A stretch of DNA of 64,000 bases from Bacteroidia bacterium (GTDB taxonomy: Bacteria; Bacteroidota; Bacteroidia; NS11-12g; UBA9320), in NCBI GenBank assembly GCA_044339595.1, contig JBIIVF010000001.1, forward strand, positions 3,541-67,540. Reading direction: 5' to 3'. Below the pieces are notes generated by a model. That model worked only from the letters and a program-made list of their open reading frames with translations, had not been told where the DNA came from and did no database searches. The translations under genes and the position numbers were made by a program. This document shows, piece by piece, positions 9,926 to 19,232 of the stretch (position 1 is its first letter; every line of letters starts with the position of its first letter).

Positions 9926-12900
9926 ATGCGGATTATTTACATCATTTTACTCGGCCTGTTTATTCCGCTGTCTCAAATAAGCAAGGCGGATCATATTATC
10001 GGTTCAGATTTGAGTTACCGATGCAGTGGCACCAATGACAGTATTTGGAAAGTCACCTTTAATTTTTACCGTGATTGTAATGGTTGCTATGTATTGAGCC
10101 AGTCACCAAAGTGCGGCACAAGCGAGAACTGCAATAGTTCACAAACTGCGCCCACGGCGGTTGCCATACGATGTATGGATAACAATTCATCAGTAGGAAC
10201 TTTGAACCTTGTCCGGACCTCGATCACTGACATCACAAAAACTTGTAAGGCTGTCAAAAGCAAATGTGCACAACCCTGCAATACTTCGTATCCATACGGA
10301 ATTGAGAAACACACCTTTGAAGGAACTTTAGATTTAAGGGCGGCCATGAGAAATGGATGTTGCAGATTCGAGCTTTCCGCTTTGTTGTATGTGAGAAACG
10401 TGGCTATAACTACAGGCCAACAGCAACAGTCCTTCTTCACCTTTGCTGAACTCAATGCCTGTGCAAAACCTTGCAACTCCTCACCGGCCCTTACCAATGA
10501 CCCGGTAGCTATCCTCTGTTGCAATCAGCCGTATGTTTTTAATAACGGGGCGGTAGATACCGCCAATTATGATTCATTGTCATACTCATTTAGCGGAGCA
10601 TTTCAAAACAGAAATCAGCTCAATACTTACAATGGAGGTCGCTCCCCTTCCAATCCTATTCAAGCCTATTATCCTAACCCGCTTAAACATCCCTACACAA
10701 ACCCGGACGCAAATCCTCCCATAGGTCTTTATTTAGATGCTGAATCAGGAGATATCATTTTTACTCCCACAGATTGCAGTCAGGTAGCGGTAGTTGTGAT
10801 GCAGATAGATGAATGGCGAAAAGACTCGACGGGTAAGTATAAGAATATCGGAATCACGCGAAGGGATATGCAATTTATAGTCACGCAATGTCCGGATAAC
10901 AATCCACCACGAATAACGAACACCAAATACCTTTTTAATACTTGTGAAGGGTCACAAATTTGCTTTAACATCTCAACGGATGACAAGGTTTTTACGCCTC
11001 CTCCTCCTGCTCCCACTCCTACCCCTGACACGGTAACTTTAACTTGGAACAGGGGTATTCCCGGAGCCACTTTCAAGATTCTCAATCCAAATGACCGACT
11101 CAAAACCGGTGAATTTTGCTGGACTCCTCCGGTCGGAACATCAAGCACACTTCCCTATTCATTTACCGCCACCGTAACCGATGATGCTTGTCCTAAAAAT
11201 GCCAGTTCAACCCGTTCTTTCAGGATCCTCGTTAAACCAAAAGCTCAAGACACCCGTAAATACGCAGACCTAGGTTGCGGATTTTATTCTGCGAAAGCCA
11301 CTCCTGCCAATAATTTCGCCGGAACCCCCTCCTATGATTGGCAAATCAGAGACTCAACAGGGATTCTCATTTTTGATAAGAAAACGGCTTATTTTAAAAG
11401 TACTGGAACTTTTATCAGCACGAAAGACTCTGACGTCGTTCATTTTAGAAAAGGAGGGAAATATATCCTTCAGCACATTGTAAATAACAAACCAAACGAT
11501 TGTCCAACTACCTATTATGACACGCTGATAATTCCTGATTTACTGGAGGTTAACCTTGCTTTAGGAAAAGATACCTTCGTTTGTATAGGCGCCACTTTGC
11601 GATTTTCTCCATACTTGAAAAATGAAAAAGCACCGGTATCTTACAAATGGGCTACACCTTCTGTTCACAATTCAAAAGATACGCTTTCCTATTTTGATAT
11701 ATCTCCGACCACAGATACCGCAGTTTCATTGTTTGTTCAGGATGGATCGAAATGCACCGCTTGGGATACGGTCAGAATATTCTTGCGCGAAAACCCCAAA
11801 GTGAAAATCGGGCCGGATTTACGTATATGCTCTTATGACTCTGCTCTATTTGTTCCGGTGATTGATACGGTAAAAACAAAAATCAATGATTCAACCTGGG
11901 TAAATCAAGGCAATACATTCAGATATACCTGGTATTTGAATAAAGTTCCCTATTCAAGTGATTCCATCCTGAGAATTAATCAAAAAGGCTCCTATGAATT
12001 ACATGTGGTGGATAGCTTAGGCTGTATTGGGAAAGACACGGCCATTCTATACGTGAATGATGTTGTTACCGCCTATGCAGGAGTGGATCAGGTAAAATGC
12101 TGGAATGACAGTCTGGTATTGGTCGCCCAAGGATTAGATACTGCAGGCAATGGCAAATCCGGTACCTATAGATGGTGGGATATCACCAGCAACGCTCCGA
12201 TCAGAATCAATAAAGGCACAGCCAGTACTTTGAAATTTCCGATTAAAGTAACCACCGACTTTCAGCTCGAATTGTTTGTGACTGAAGATACAACAACCTG
12301 CTATCATGCTGATACGATAAATGTAAAGGTGAACGCGTTGCCGGTCATCACCAAACCGACCGACCAAAGTGTTTGCTGCGATGCCGGAGATATCGGTTTA
12401 AATCTTTTAAGTCCAACGCCGGCACCGGCAGGAGGAAAATGGTATTCAAATCAGCGTTCAGACATCGTTGTGTTTGATAAAACTTTCTTAACCGGCAAAG
12501 TTTGTGACCCAACCAATAAAACTACTTGGAGTTTGGTTTACGAATACACCGATCCGGCTACAACCTGTATCAATCGAGATTCCATAAAAATTGTGGTAAA
12601 TCCTTTACCTAGAGTGACCTTAAAGGAAGGTTATTACTGCCAGGATTTGCAAAAGACCAAGCTCATCAAACACGTTTTACAACCGGGTAACCCCAATTTG
12701 GGAACCCAAGAATGGAAATGTGTGGATTGCCGAGGATACAAAGAATCTGATTTAATCAAAAATGTAGGATCTCCTCTATTCCCCGATTATGAATTGAACT
12801 TTGATGAAACTACTATGAACTTGGGCTCCAAGAATGAAGATACCTTGTTCTTAGAGTTTAGTTTCAGAGATGGATCAGGATGTCGCAACAAGGATACTGC

Positions 12901-14518
12901 ATTCTTTAGAATTGTTAGGGTTCCGAAAATAAGTTGGATTGGCTTTAAACCACTTTGTTGGAATGACGGCTTGGTGAGCTTGAATACTTTGAGTAAGGTT
13001 GATCCTAAAGATGGTATTTGGATCAGTATGGATACCTTGGGATATACCAAAATGCCGGCTGGTTCTATTCTAGGCGACACTTTAGATACCCGCAAAACAG
13101 ACCCATTGGGTAAGACCTATTACATGCGTTACTTGCATACAGCGAGCGGATGTCCGGTTTGGAAGGATACTACATTAACCATCAATCCGTTGCCAAAAGT
13201 AACGCCAACACCTTTGCCGCCCTTGGTCTGTGAGAATGAAGCCCCGATTACACTTGGTGCCACACCATCAGGCGGAACCTGGAGTTCTCCTCAAACCGGC
13301 GTAGTGAGTGCAGGCAGGTTCTCACCGGCCACTTCACCGACGGGTGTTTCATTAAAAATGATATACCGATATACCAATCCGGTAACGGGTTGTTCGGGTT
13401 CTGATTCTATTACCTCGATGGTAGAAGCCTTGGCGGAAGTAGAAATACTGACAGCTGATTTGGATACATGCCGCAGTCCGCTGATGAGCAAGTTGGTATC
13501 TGCCCGATTTGCCAATACCCCATCGATTACCTGGATGCCACTGAGTGGTGGAACGGTAGACAATGCCAAAGGCAATCCTGTAACCTTTACCTTCAGCACC
13601 ACCCATGATACCATGCAACAACTGTTGTTGTATGTTATGACCGAAGATGGCAATGCTTGTCCGTTTGTGGATGACTTATTGACCATCAGGGTGCATCCGA
13701 TTCCACATGTAACGGTAACGCCGGATGATCCGAATGGATGTAATCCGCATGCTGTAACCTTTAACACGGTATTCAATAACAAGGTAAATCCTGCCACGGC
13801 TACCTATGCCTGGGATTTTGGAGATGGAGCAACCGGCTTGGTTCAAAACCCGGTGCACAGTTATACCAAAGAAGGGGTGAGCAATGTGAGTTTGAAAGTA
13901 ACGAGCGATCGGGGTTGCGATAGTTCTGTGGGCCTACAGGTGGAAGTATATCCGAATCCGCAAGCCGACTTTACACCCAATCCAAATAACTACACCACCG
14001 CCGCCTTACCGAGGTTCAAATTTATTAACCAATCTATAGTCAGCAATGTATTGGGCAGTTATTTGGATAAACATGAATGGGATTTTGGAGATCCAAACAG
14101 CAATACCGATACCTCAACCGAACATAGTCCAATGTTTTACTACCCGGGCGATACGGCCAATTATCAGGTATGGTTGAAGGTGACCACCAATTACGGTTGT
14201 ACAGACAGCACCATGCGTTTGGTCAGAATCGGGCCTGACATATTGGTATTTATTCCGAATGCATTCACACCGGGCAAGGGAGGTCCTTCAAAAAATGAGG
14301 ACTTCAATGTTGTGGCCAGCGGGTTTAAAACTTACAATATGATGATCTTCAACCGTTGGGGTGAAATCATCTTTGAAAGCAATGATATCAACAAAGGTTG
14401 GGATGGCACATTCAACGGTGCAGATTGTCAACAGGATGTATATGCCTATTCATTGAAAGTAACGAGCCTGAATGATGAAAGCTATGAATACTCCGGAGTT
14501 ATTCACTTGCTGAGATAA
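9926..14518 (+). CDS. Large cell-surface adhesin-like protein of 1530 aa with a gliding-motility-associated C-terminal domain (CHU_C, T9SS type-B CTD)
   Basis: The protein has a signal peptide (MRIIYIILLGLFIPLSQISKA), a Cys-rich N-terminal region and a Pro-rich linker (TPPPPAPTPTPD). Repeated PKD/Ig-like modules (WDFGDGATG..., WDFGDPNSNTD...) follow. The C-terminus (IPNAFTPGKGG...NEDF...FNRWGEIIFES...GWDG...VYAYSLKV) matches the CHU_C pattern. Confidence 0.85.
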   Translation: MRIIYIILLGLFIPLSQISKADHIIGSDLSYRCSGTNDSIWKVTFNFYRDCNGCYVLSQSPKCGTSENCNSSQTAPTAVAIRCMDNNSSVGTLNLVRTSITDITKTCKAVKSKCAQPCNTSYPYGIEKHTFEGTLDLRAAMRNGCCRFELSALLYVRNVAITTGQQQQSFFTFAELNACAKPCNSSPALTNDPVAILCCNQPYVFNNGAVDTANYDSLSYSFSGAFQNRNQLNTYNGGRSPSNPIQAYYPNPLKHPYTNPDANPPIGLYLDAESGDIIFTPTDCSQVAVVVMQIDEWRKDSTGKYKNIGITRRDMQFIVTQCPDNNPPRITNTKYLFNTCEGSQICFNISTDDKVFTPPPPAPTPTPDTVTLTWNRGIPGATFKILNPNDRLKTGEFCWTPPVGTSSTLPYSFTATVTDDACPKNASSTRSFRILVKPKAQDTRKYADLGCGFYSAKATPANNFAGTPSYDWQIRDSTGILIFDKKTAYFKSTGTFISTKDSDVVHFRKGGKYILQHIVNNKPNDCPTTYYDTLIIPDLLEVNLALGKDTFVCIGATLRFSPYLKNEKAPVSYKWATPSVHNSKDTLSYFDISPTTDTAVSLFVQDGSKCTAWDTVRIFLRENPKVKIGPDLRICSYDSALFVPVIDTVKTKINDSTWVNQGNTFRYTWYLNKVPYSSDSILRINQKGSYELHVVDSLGCIGKDTAILYVNDVVTAYAGVDQVKCWNDSLVLVAQGLDTAGNGKSGTYRWWDITSNAPIRINKGTASTLKFPIKVTTDFQLELFVTEDTTTCYHADTINVKVNALPVITKPTDQSVCCDAGDIGLNLLSPTPAPAGGKWYSNQRSDIVVFDKTFLTGKVCDPTNKTTWSLVYEYTDPATTCINRDSIKIVVNPLPRVTLKEGYYCQDLQKTKLIKHVLQPGNPNLGTQEWKCVDCRGYKESDLIKNVGSPLFPDYELNFDETTMNLGSKNEDTLFLEFSFRDGSGCRNKDTAFFRIVRVPKISWIGFKPLCWNDGLVSLNTLSKVDPKDGIWISMDTLGYTKMPAGSILGDTLDTRKTDPLGKTYYMRYLHTASGCPVWKDTTLTINPLPKVTPTPLPPLVCENEAPITLGATPSGGTWSSPQTGVVSAGRFSPATSPTGVSLKMIYRYTNPVTGCSGSDSITSMVEALAEVEILTADLDTCRSPLMSKLVSARFANTPSITWMPLSGGTVDNAKGNPVTFTFSTTHDTMQQLLLYVMTEDGNACPFVDDLLTIRVHPIPHVTVTPDDPNGCNPHAVTFNTVFNNKVNPATATYAWDFGDGATGLVQNPVHSYTKEGVSNVSLKVTSDRGCDSSVGLQVEVYPNPQADFTPNPNNYTTAALPRFKFINQSIVSNVLGSYLDKHEWDFGDPNSNTDTSTEHSPMFYYPGDTANYQVWLKVTTNYGCTDSTMRLVRIGPDILVFIPNAFTPGKGGPSKNEDFNVVASGFKTYNMMIFNRWGEIIFESNDINKGWDGTFNGADCQQDVYAYSLKVTSLNDESYEYSGVIHLLR

Positions 14519-14570
14519 GCACTATAGATTCTATTCAGCTTTCTCAATTTTTCATTAGGTTTGAACCTGA

Positions 14571-15182
14571 ATGAAATATTTGGTGGCCTATGGTGCCGGC
14601 GCAATGACCGGATTTGTTTTGAGCTTGATGTTGGGGACGGTATTTTTTGCCATACTTAATTACAGCATAAAGTTAGGATATAAAAAAGGCGTCTCCATTT
14701 CAATAGGGGTGATTATCTCTGATTTGATTTTCATCTCTATCTGTTTATTTGGAAATCAATACATTCCATTCTTGCAGCAATATGAAAATACCGTAAAGAT
14801 AGCTGGGGGTATTCTGATCATCGTTATGGGATTATCCCAAATTTTGAGCAAAAACAAAGAGCCCAAAGCGGCCAATTTTAGCCGAGCCGGAAGTATCACC
14901 TATTTTGTAACTCAAGGATTTCTGCTCAACTTCTTAAATCCGGTGAATTTGATCAGTTGGTTTGCCATCTACACCTACCTTGTGACTGTTATGAAATACT
15001 CCTTTGGTGAACTTTCGTGGTATTTTGCAGGCAGTCTGAGCGCAATATTTATGGTTGAATTTGCCTTATCCTACTTTGCCGAGAAACTCAACCGATTTCT
15101 TCCTCCCAAAAGAATTCGTCAGATCAATATGGTCGTGGGGATTTTATTCATTGGATTGGGAATATTTTTAATGGTTCGATAA
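14571..15182 (+). CDS. LysE/RhtB family amino-acid exporter
   Basis: The product is 203 aa with six predicted TM helices and an LysE-type N-terminus (MKYLVAYGAGAMTGFVLSLMLG). Confidence 0.65.
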   Translation: MKYLVAYGAGAMTGFVLSLMLGTVFFAILNYSIKLGYKKGVSISIGVIISDLIFISICLFGNQYIPFLQQYENTVKIAGGILIIVMGLSQILSKNKEPKAANFSRAGSITYFVTQGFLLNFLNPVNLISWFAIYTYLVTVMKYSFGELSWYFAGSLSAIFMVEFALSYFAEKLNRFLPPKRIRQINMVVGILFIGLGIFLMVR

Positions 15183-15398
15183 TCAAGAATAGCATCAACC
15201 ATGTTCATAGAAACTGTAAAATCCTTTTTTTAAAAAGATTTTCTTTAAAAATCTCAAAATCACAATTATCCTTCGTTGCCTGAATGTTCATTTATTTACT
15301 GCAATTTTTTAATTATCTTTGTACCAATCAGCCAATGTCCTGTTCTTGTTTACTTTAACAGACCGTTTTCTGAATTAAAAAAAGACACAAAAAAATAA

Positions 15399-15857
15399 AT
15401 GAGTAAATCACAGGAGACCTGGAACAAAAAAGAAGCAGAAAAAAAGAGGCTTAAAAAACGTCAGGACAAAGAGGCAAAAAAACAGGAAAGGAAATCAAAC
15501 ACCAAAGACAACAAATCATTCGATGATATGATTGCTTATGTGGATGAGTTTGGAAATTTCACCAATGTACCTCCTGACCCTAGTAAGAGAACTGAAATTG
15601 CTGAAGACGACATCATGATCAGCATTCCAAAGCAATTGCCACAAGAAGAAGGAGACAATGTAAGAACTGGGGTGGTTTCCTTTTTCAATGATTCCAAAGG
15701 CTTTGGATTTATAGAAGACTCTGATAACAAACAGAGCATTTTTGTTCACATCAATGGTTTAATAGACCGAATCTCAGAAAGAGATAAAGTGACTTTTGAA
15801 ACCGAATCCGGTCCTAAAGGACTAATAGCTGTAAAAGTTCAGCTGGTTAAGAAGTAA
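15399..15857 (+). CDS. Cold-shock domain protein carrying an N-terminal Lys/Glu-rich extension
   Basis: The C-terminal half has a cold-shock domain nucleic-acid-binding motif (GVVSFFNDSKGFGFIEDSDNKQSIFVHINGL). The N-terminal 40 aa are highly charged (KKEAEKKRLKKRQDKEAKKQERK). A long AT-rich 5' leader of about 215 nt precedes the gene. Confidence 0.75.
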   Translation: MSKSQETWNKKEAEKKRLKKRQDKEAKKQERKSNTKDNKSFDDMIAYVDEFGNFTNVPPDPSKRTEIAEDDIMISIPKQLPQEEGDNVRTGVVSFFNDSKGFGFIEDSDNKQSIFVHINGLIDRISERDKVTFETESGPKGLIAVKVQLVKK

Positions 15858-15885
15858 TATTTAAAGGTTGAAGCGGCAGAAATGA

Positions 15886-16599
15886 TCAGCTAACCAGGGT
15901 ACCCACTTTTTCTCCTTTGACCAATTTTTCCAAATTTCCTCTTTCGTTCATGTCAAAAACGATAATGGGAAGATTGTTTTCCTGACATAGAGTTATGGCT
16001 GTTAGGTCCATTACGTTCAAACCCTGGCGATAAACCTCACTGAATGAAATTTGATCAAATTTGGTCGCCGTTGAATCCTTTTCAGGATCGGCGGTATAGA
16101 TACCATCCACCCGGGTTCCTTTTAAAATAACATCGGCTTCTATCTCTACTGCACGTAATGAAGCCGCCGTGTCTGTTGTAAAATAGGGATTTCCGGTGCC
16201 GGCCCCAAAGATAACTACCCTTCCTTTCTCAAGGTGACGTACAGCTCTTCTCCTGATAAATGGTTCGGCAATCTGCTCCATTTTTATAGCAGACTGTAAC
16301 CGAGTAAAAACACCAATTCTTTCGAGTGCTGCCTGTAAGGCCATGGCATTGATGACCGTTGCAAGCATACCCATATAATCGCCTTGTGCTCTGTCGACTG
16401 CGCCCCCCTTCACCAGTTGCACACCTCTGAATATGTTTCCGCCTCCAATCACCACGGCAACTTCTACTCCCGCATCTGAAACGGCCTTTATTTCTTCTGA
16501 ATATTGTTGAAGTACTTCCGGATCTATACCGAATTCCTTACTACCCAAAAGAGCCTCGCCGCTAAGCTTCAATAAAATGCGTTTGTACCTCATCCCCAT
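15886..16599 (-). CDS. pyrH: UMP kinase
   Basis: The sequence [16 protein letters not shown]...[11 protein letters not shown] is diagnostic. The start could be either of two adjacent ATGs (16599 or 16593). Confidence 0.9.
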   Translation of the reverse strand: MGMRYKRILLKLSGEALLGSKEFGIDPEVLQQYSEEIKAVSDAGVEVAVVIGGGNIFRGVQLVKGGAVDRAQGDYMGMLATVINAMALQAALERIGVFTRLQSAIKMEQIAEPFIRRRAVRHLEKGRVVIFGAGTGNPYFTTDTAASLRAVEIEADVILKGTRVDGIYTADPEKDSTATKFDQISFSEVYRQGLNVMDLTAITLCQENNLPIIVFDMNERGNLEKLVKGEKVGTLVS

Positions 16600-16634
16600 G
16601 TTTTTAATTGCTGCCGAAATCTAAGAAAAATATC

Positions 16635-16663
16635 AAAAAAAACGGCCACTTTTCAGTGACCGT
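16635..16663 (-). terminator. Rho-independent terminator downstream of tsf. On the minus strand it reads CGGUCAC-ugaaaa-GUGGCCG followed by U8.
   Basis: The stem contains one G-U wobble, the loop is 6 nt and a run of 8 U follows immediately. It lies 17 nt after the tsf stop. Confidence 0.55.
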
Positions 16664-16679
16664 CTATAAGTTGCTGGAA

Positions 16680-17513
16680 TTAACTTCCTAAAGCTACCCT
16701 TTTAAATTTGGTAATCTTTAAGCCCTTACTAGTATCGTCGAGCATTTTGCCAACAGTCTTAGAACTGTCTTTTACAAAATCCTGATTTAGCAAAGTAGAT
16801 TCCTTAAAGAATTTATTCAACTTGCCTTGAGCAATTTTCTCAAGCATTTCTTCCGGCTTACCTTCTGCTCTTGCTTGTTCTTTGCCGATTTCCAATTCTC
16901 TCTCGATGATGGATGAATCTACATCATCTTTATCTACTGCTACCGGGAACATCGCTGCCACCTGCATAGCCGCATCTTTACCTGCATCGGTAATGGCATT
17001 GCTAGCGGACTGGTTCATTACAACCAAAACACCAATACGATTTCCTGCATGAATATAAGCTACTACTGAAGGACCTTCAAGAATCTCATAATTAGATACC
17101 TCAATCTTCTCTCCAATTTTTCCCATTTCAGAAAGCAAACGCTCTCCAATGGTTACATCGCCGATGTTGAGGGATTTGAGTGCTTCCAAATCTGCCGGCT
17201 TGTTAGCCAGTGCGATAGATGCCACTTCATTGGCCAAAGCAACAAACTCGTCGTTCTTAGCCACAAAATCCGTTTCGCAATTTAATTCGATTACAACTCC
17301 GACTGTGTTGTCAGTTGATGTTTTCGCGATTACGGCTCCTTCTGCTGCCTCACGGTCAGCACGATTGGCAGAAATTTTCTGACCTTTCTTTCTCAAAAAA
17401 TCGATGGCTGCTTCAAAATCGCCATTGGTTTCCTGAAGGGCTTTTTTACAATCCATCATACCTGCCCCAGTCATTTTTCTTAACTGGTTTACGTCTGCTG
17501 CTGAAATTGACAT
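16680..17513 (-). CDS. tsf: Elongation factor Ts
   Basis: The sequence MSISAADVNQLRKMTGAGMMDCKKALQETNGDFEAAIDFLRKKG is diagnostic of EF-Ts. Confidence 0.9.
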   Translation of the reverse strand: MSISAADVNQLRKMTGAGMMDCKKALQETNGDFEAAIDFLRKKGQKISANRADREAAEGAVIAKTSTDNTVGVVIELNCETDFVAKNDEFVALANEVASIALANKPADLEALKSLNIGDVTIGERLLSEMGKIGEKIEVSNYEILEGPSVVAYIHAGNRIGVLVVMNQSASNAITDAGKDAAMQVAAMFPVAVDKDDVDSSIIERELEIGKEQARAEGKPEEMLEKIAQGKLNKFFKESTLLNQDFVKDSSKTVGKMLDDTSKGLKITKFKRVALGS

Positions 17514-17533
17514 ATTATTTTTTTTACTATTTA

Positions 17534-18286
17534 TTAATTCGCTGCTTCTGAGGTTTCTTCTACTCCCTCTTCTTCTTTTTGAGTCTCGTCTTTTACCTTT
17601 TTTCGCTCCTGCATTCCTTCAATAATAGCGGAAGAAATAGCTGTAGTAATGATTTCGATTGCTTTTGATGCATCATCATTCCCCGGAATTGCATGGTCAA
17701 CTAAAGTAGGATCAGAATTGGTATCTACTAAGGCAAAAATTGGGATATTCAATTTTTGAGCTTCTGCTACTGCAATGTGTTCGCGTTTAATATCCACAAT
17801 GAACAAGGCTGCAGGAAGACGATTTAATTCTTCTATCCCACTCAATACCCTTTCAAGTTTAGCTTTTTCACGGTCTTTCATCAATCTCTCTTTTTTGTTG
17901 AGATTCATGTAAGTACCATCCAAAGCCATCTTGTCAATGCTTTGCATCTTCTTGATGCTTTTACGAACAGTAGCAAAATTGGTTAACATACCTCCCAACC
18001 AACGCTCGGTTACATACGGCATATTTACATTTCTAGCTTGTTCAGCAACCAACTCCTTGGCTTGCTTCTTCGTAGCCACGAAAAGTATTTTGCGACCTGA
18101 TTTAACAATATTTTTAACCGCAGCCTGCGCTTCTTCAAGCTTGGCAATGGTTTTATTCAGATCAATGATGTGAATTCCGTTCTGCTCCATAAAAATGTAG
18201 GGAGCCATCTTCGGATTCCATTTGCGGGTAAGGTGTCCGTAATGAACACCGGCATCTAAAAGATCTTGTGTGGTTAAGTTTGACAT
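17534..18286 (-). CDS. rpsB: 30S ribosomal protein S2
   Basis: The sequence MSNLTTQDLLDAGVHYGHLTRKWNPKMAPYIF is diagnostic, and a C-terminal acidic tail is present. The start was moved to the internal ATG at 18284-18286, because the longer ORF would overlap rpsI. Confidence 0.9.
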   Translation of the reverse strand: MSNLTTQDLLDAGVHYGHLTRKWNPKMAPYIFMEQNGIHIIDLNKTIAKLEEAQAAVKNIVKSGRKILFVATKKQAKELVAEQARNVNMPYVTERWLGGMLTNFATVRKSIKKMQSIDKMALDGTYMNLNKKERLMKDREKAKLERVLSGIEELNRLPAALFIVDIKREHIAVAEAQKLNIPIFALVDTNSDPTLVDHAIPGNDDASKAIEIITTAISSAIIEGMQERKKVKDETQKEEEGVEETSEAAN

Positions 18287-18299
18287 GAATATTCTGCTG

Positions 18300-18686
18300 T
18301 TAACGTTTGCTGAACTGGAATCTCTTTCTCGCTTTCTTCTGACCTGGCTTCTTACGTTCAACCATTCTTGAGTCACGCGTCATCAATTCCTCTTTTCTCA
18401 ATAAGGGCTTGTACTCAGCATCAATTTCGACGATGGCTTTCGCGATGGCTAATTTTAATGCATTGGCTTGACCTGCAAGTCCACCTCCATTGAGATTTGC
18501 TTTCACGTCATACTGACCTGAAAGTTTACAAACTTCAAATGGTTGGTTTACACTATACTGATGAGACGCCGACGGAAAGTAGGCGTTCAGGTCTTTTTTG
18601 TTGATTTCAAACTTGCCTGTTCCAGGGGTCATATAAACCCTTGCAACTGAAGTTTTCCTGCGACCGGATGTATTGATTAATTCCAT
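18300..18686 (-). CDS. rpsI: 30S ribosomal protein S9
   Basis: The product is 128 aa and ends ...GQKKARKRFQFSKR. Confidence 0.9.
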   Translation of the reverse strand: MELINTSGRRKTSVARVYMTPGTGKFEINKKDLNAYFPSASHQYSVNQPFEVCKLSGQYDVKANLNGGGLAGQANALKLAIAKAIVEIDAEYKPLLRKEELMTRDSRMVERKKPGQKKARKRFQFSKR

Positions 18687-18697
18687 TATATTATAAA

Positions 18698-19141
18698 TCA
18701 GATATCTAATTTTTCAGGTTGTTGAGCTTCATGTGGATGGCTGTTTCCTGCAAATACATGCAGATTACCGAACACCTTACGACCGAGCTTTGTTTTTGGA
18801 AGCATTCCTTTAACGGCTTTTTCAACCAAAAACTCTGGACGCTTCGCCAACATATCATTGGCCTTTACAATGCGCTTTCCACCAGGGTGTCCAGAATAGA
18901 ATTGATATTCTTTATCGGTCATCTTACTGCCTGTTAAGGCAATTTTCTCTGCGTTCAATACGATAACATGGTCACCGCAATCTGCGTTAGGTGTAAATCC
19001 AGGCTTGTTCTTGCCTCTGATAATTTTGGCAATTTCGGAGGTAAATCTACCCAATGTCTTGCCTTCAGCATCGGCCACAAACCATCTTTTTTCAATGGAG
19101 TTTTTGCCGAGCGAAATGGTTTTATAACTTAAAGTATCCAC
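18698..19141 (-). CDS. rplM: 50S ribosomal protein L13
   Basis: The sequence (V/M)DTLSYKTISLGKNSIEKRWFVADAEGKTLGRFTSEIAKIIRGKNKP is diagnostic. A GTG start at 19139-19141 gives a canonical N-terminus, and the longer ATG-initiated ORF adds 21 non-conserved residues. Confidence 0.85.
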   Translation of the reverse strand: MDTLSYKTISLGKNSIEKRWFVADAEGKTLGRFTSEIAKIIRGKNKPGFTPNADCGDHVIVLNAEKIALTGSKMTDKEYQFYSGHPGGKRIVKANDMLAKRPEFLVEKAVKGMLPKTKLGRKVFGNLHVFAGNSHPHEAQQPEKLDI

Positions 19142-19232
19142 TTTTGAATGTTTATTATTTCTAAAAAAGGTCTGCAAAGGTAAGAGATACTTTCTATTTT
19201 GCAAAATGGAATCAAAAGATTTCGGAACAAAT

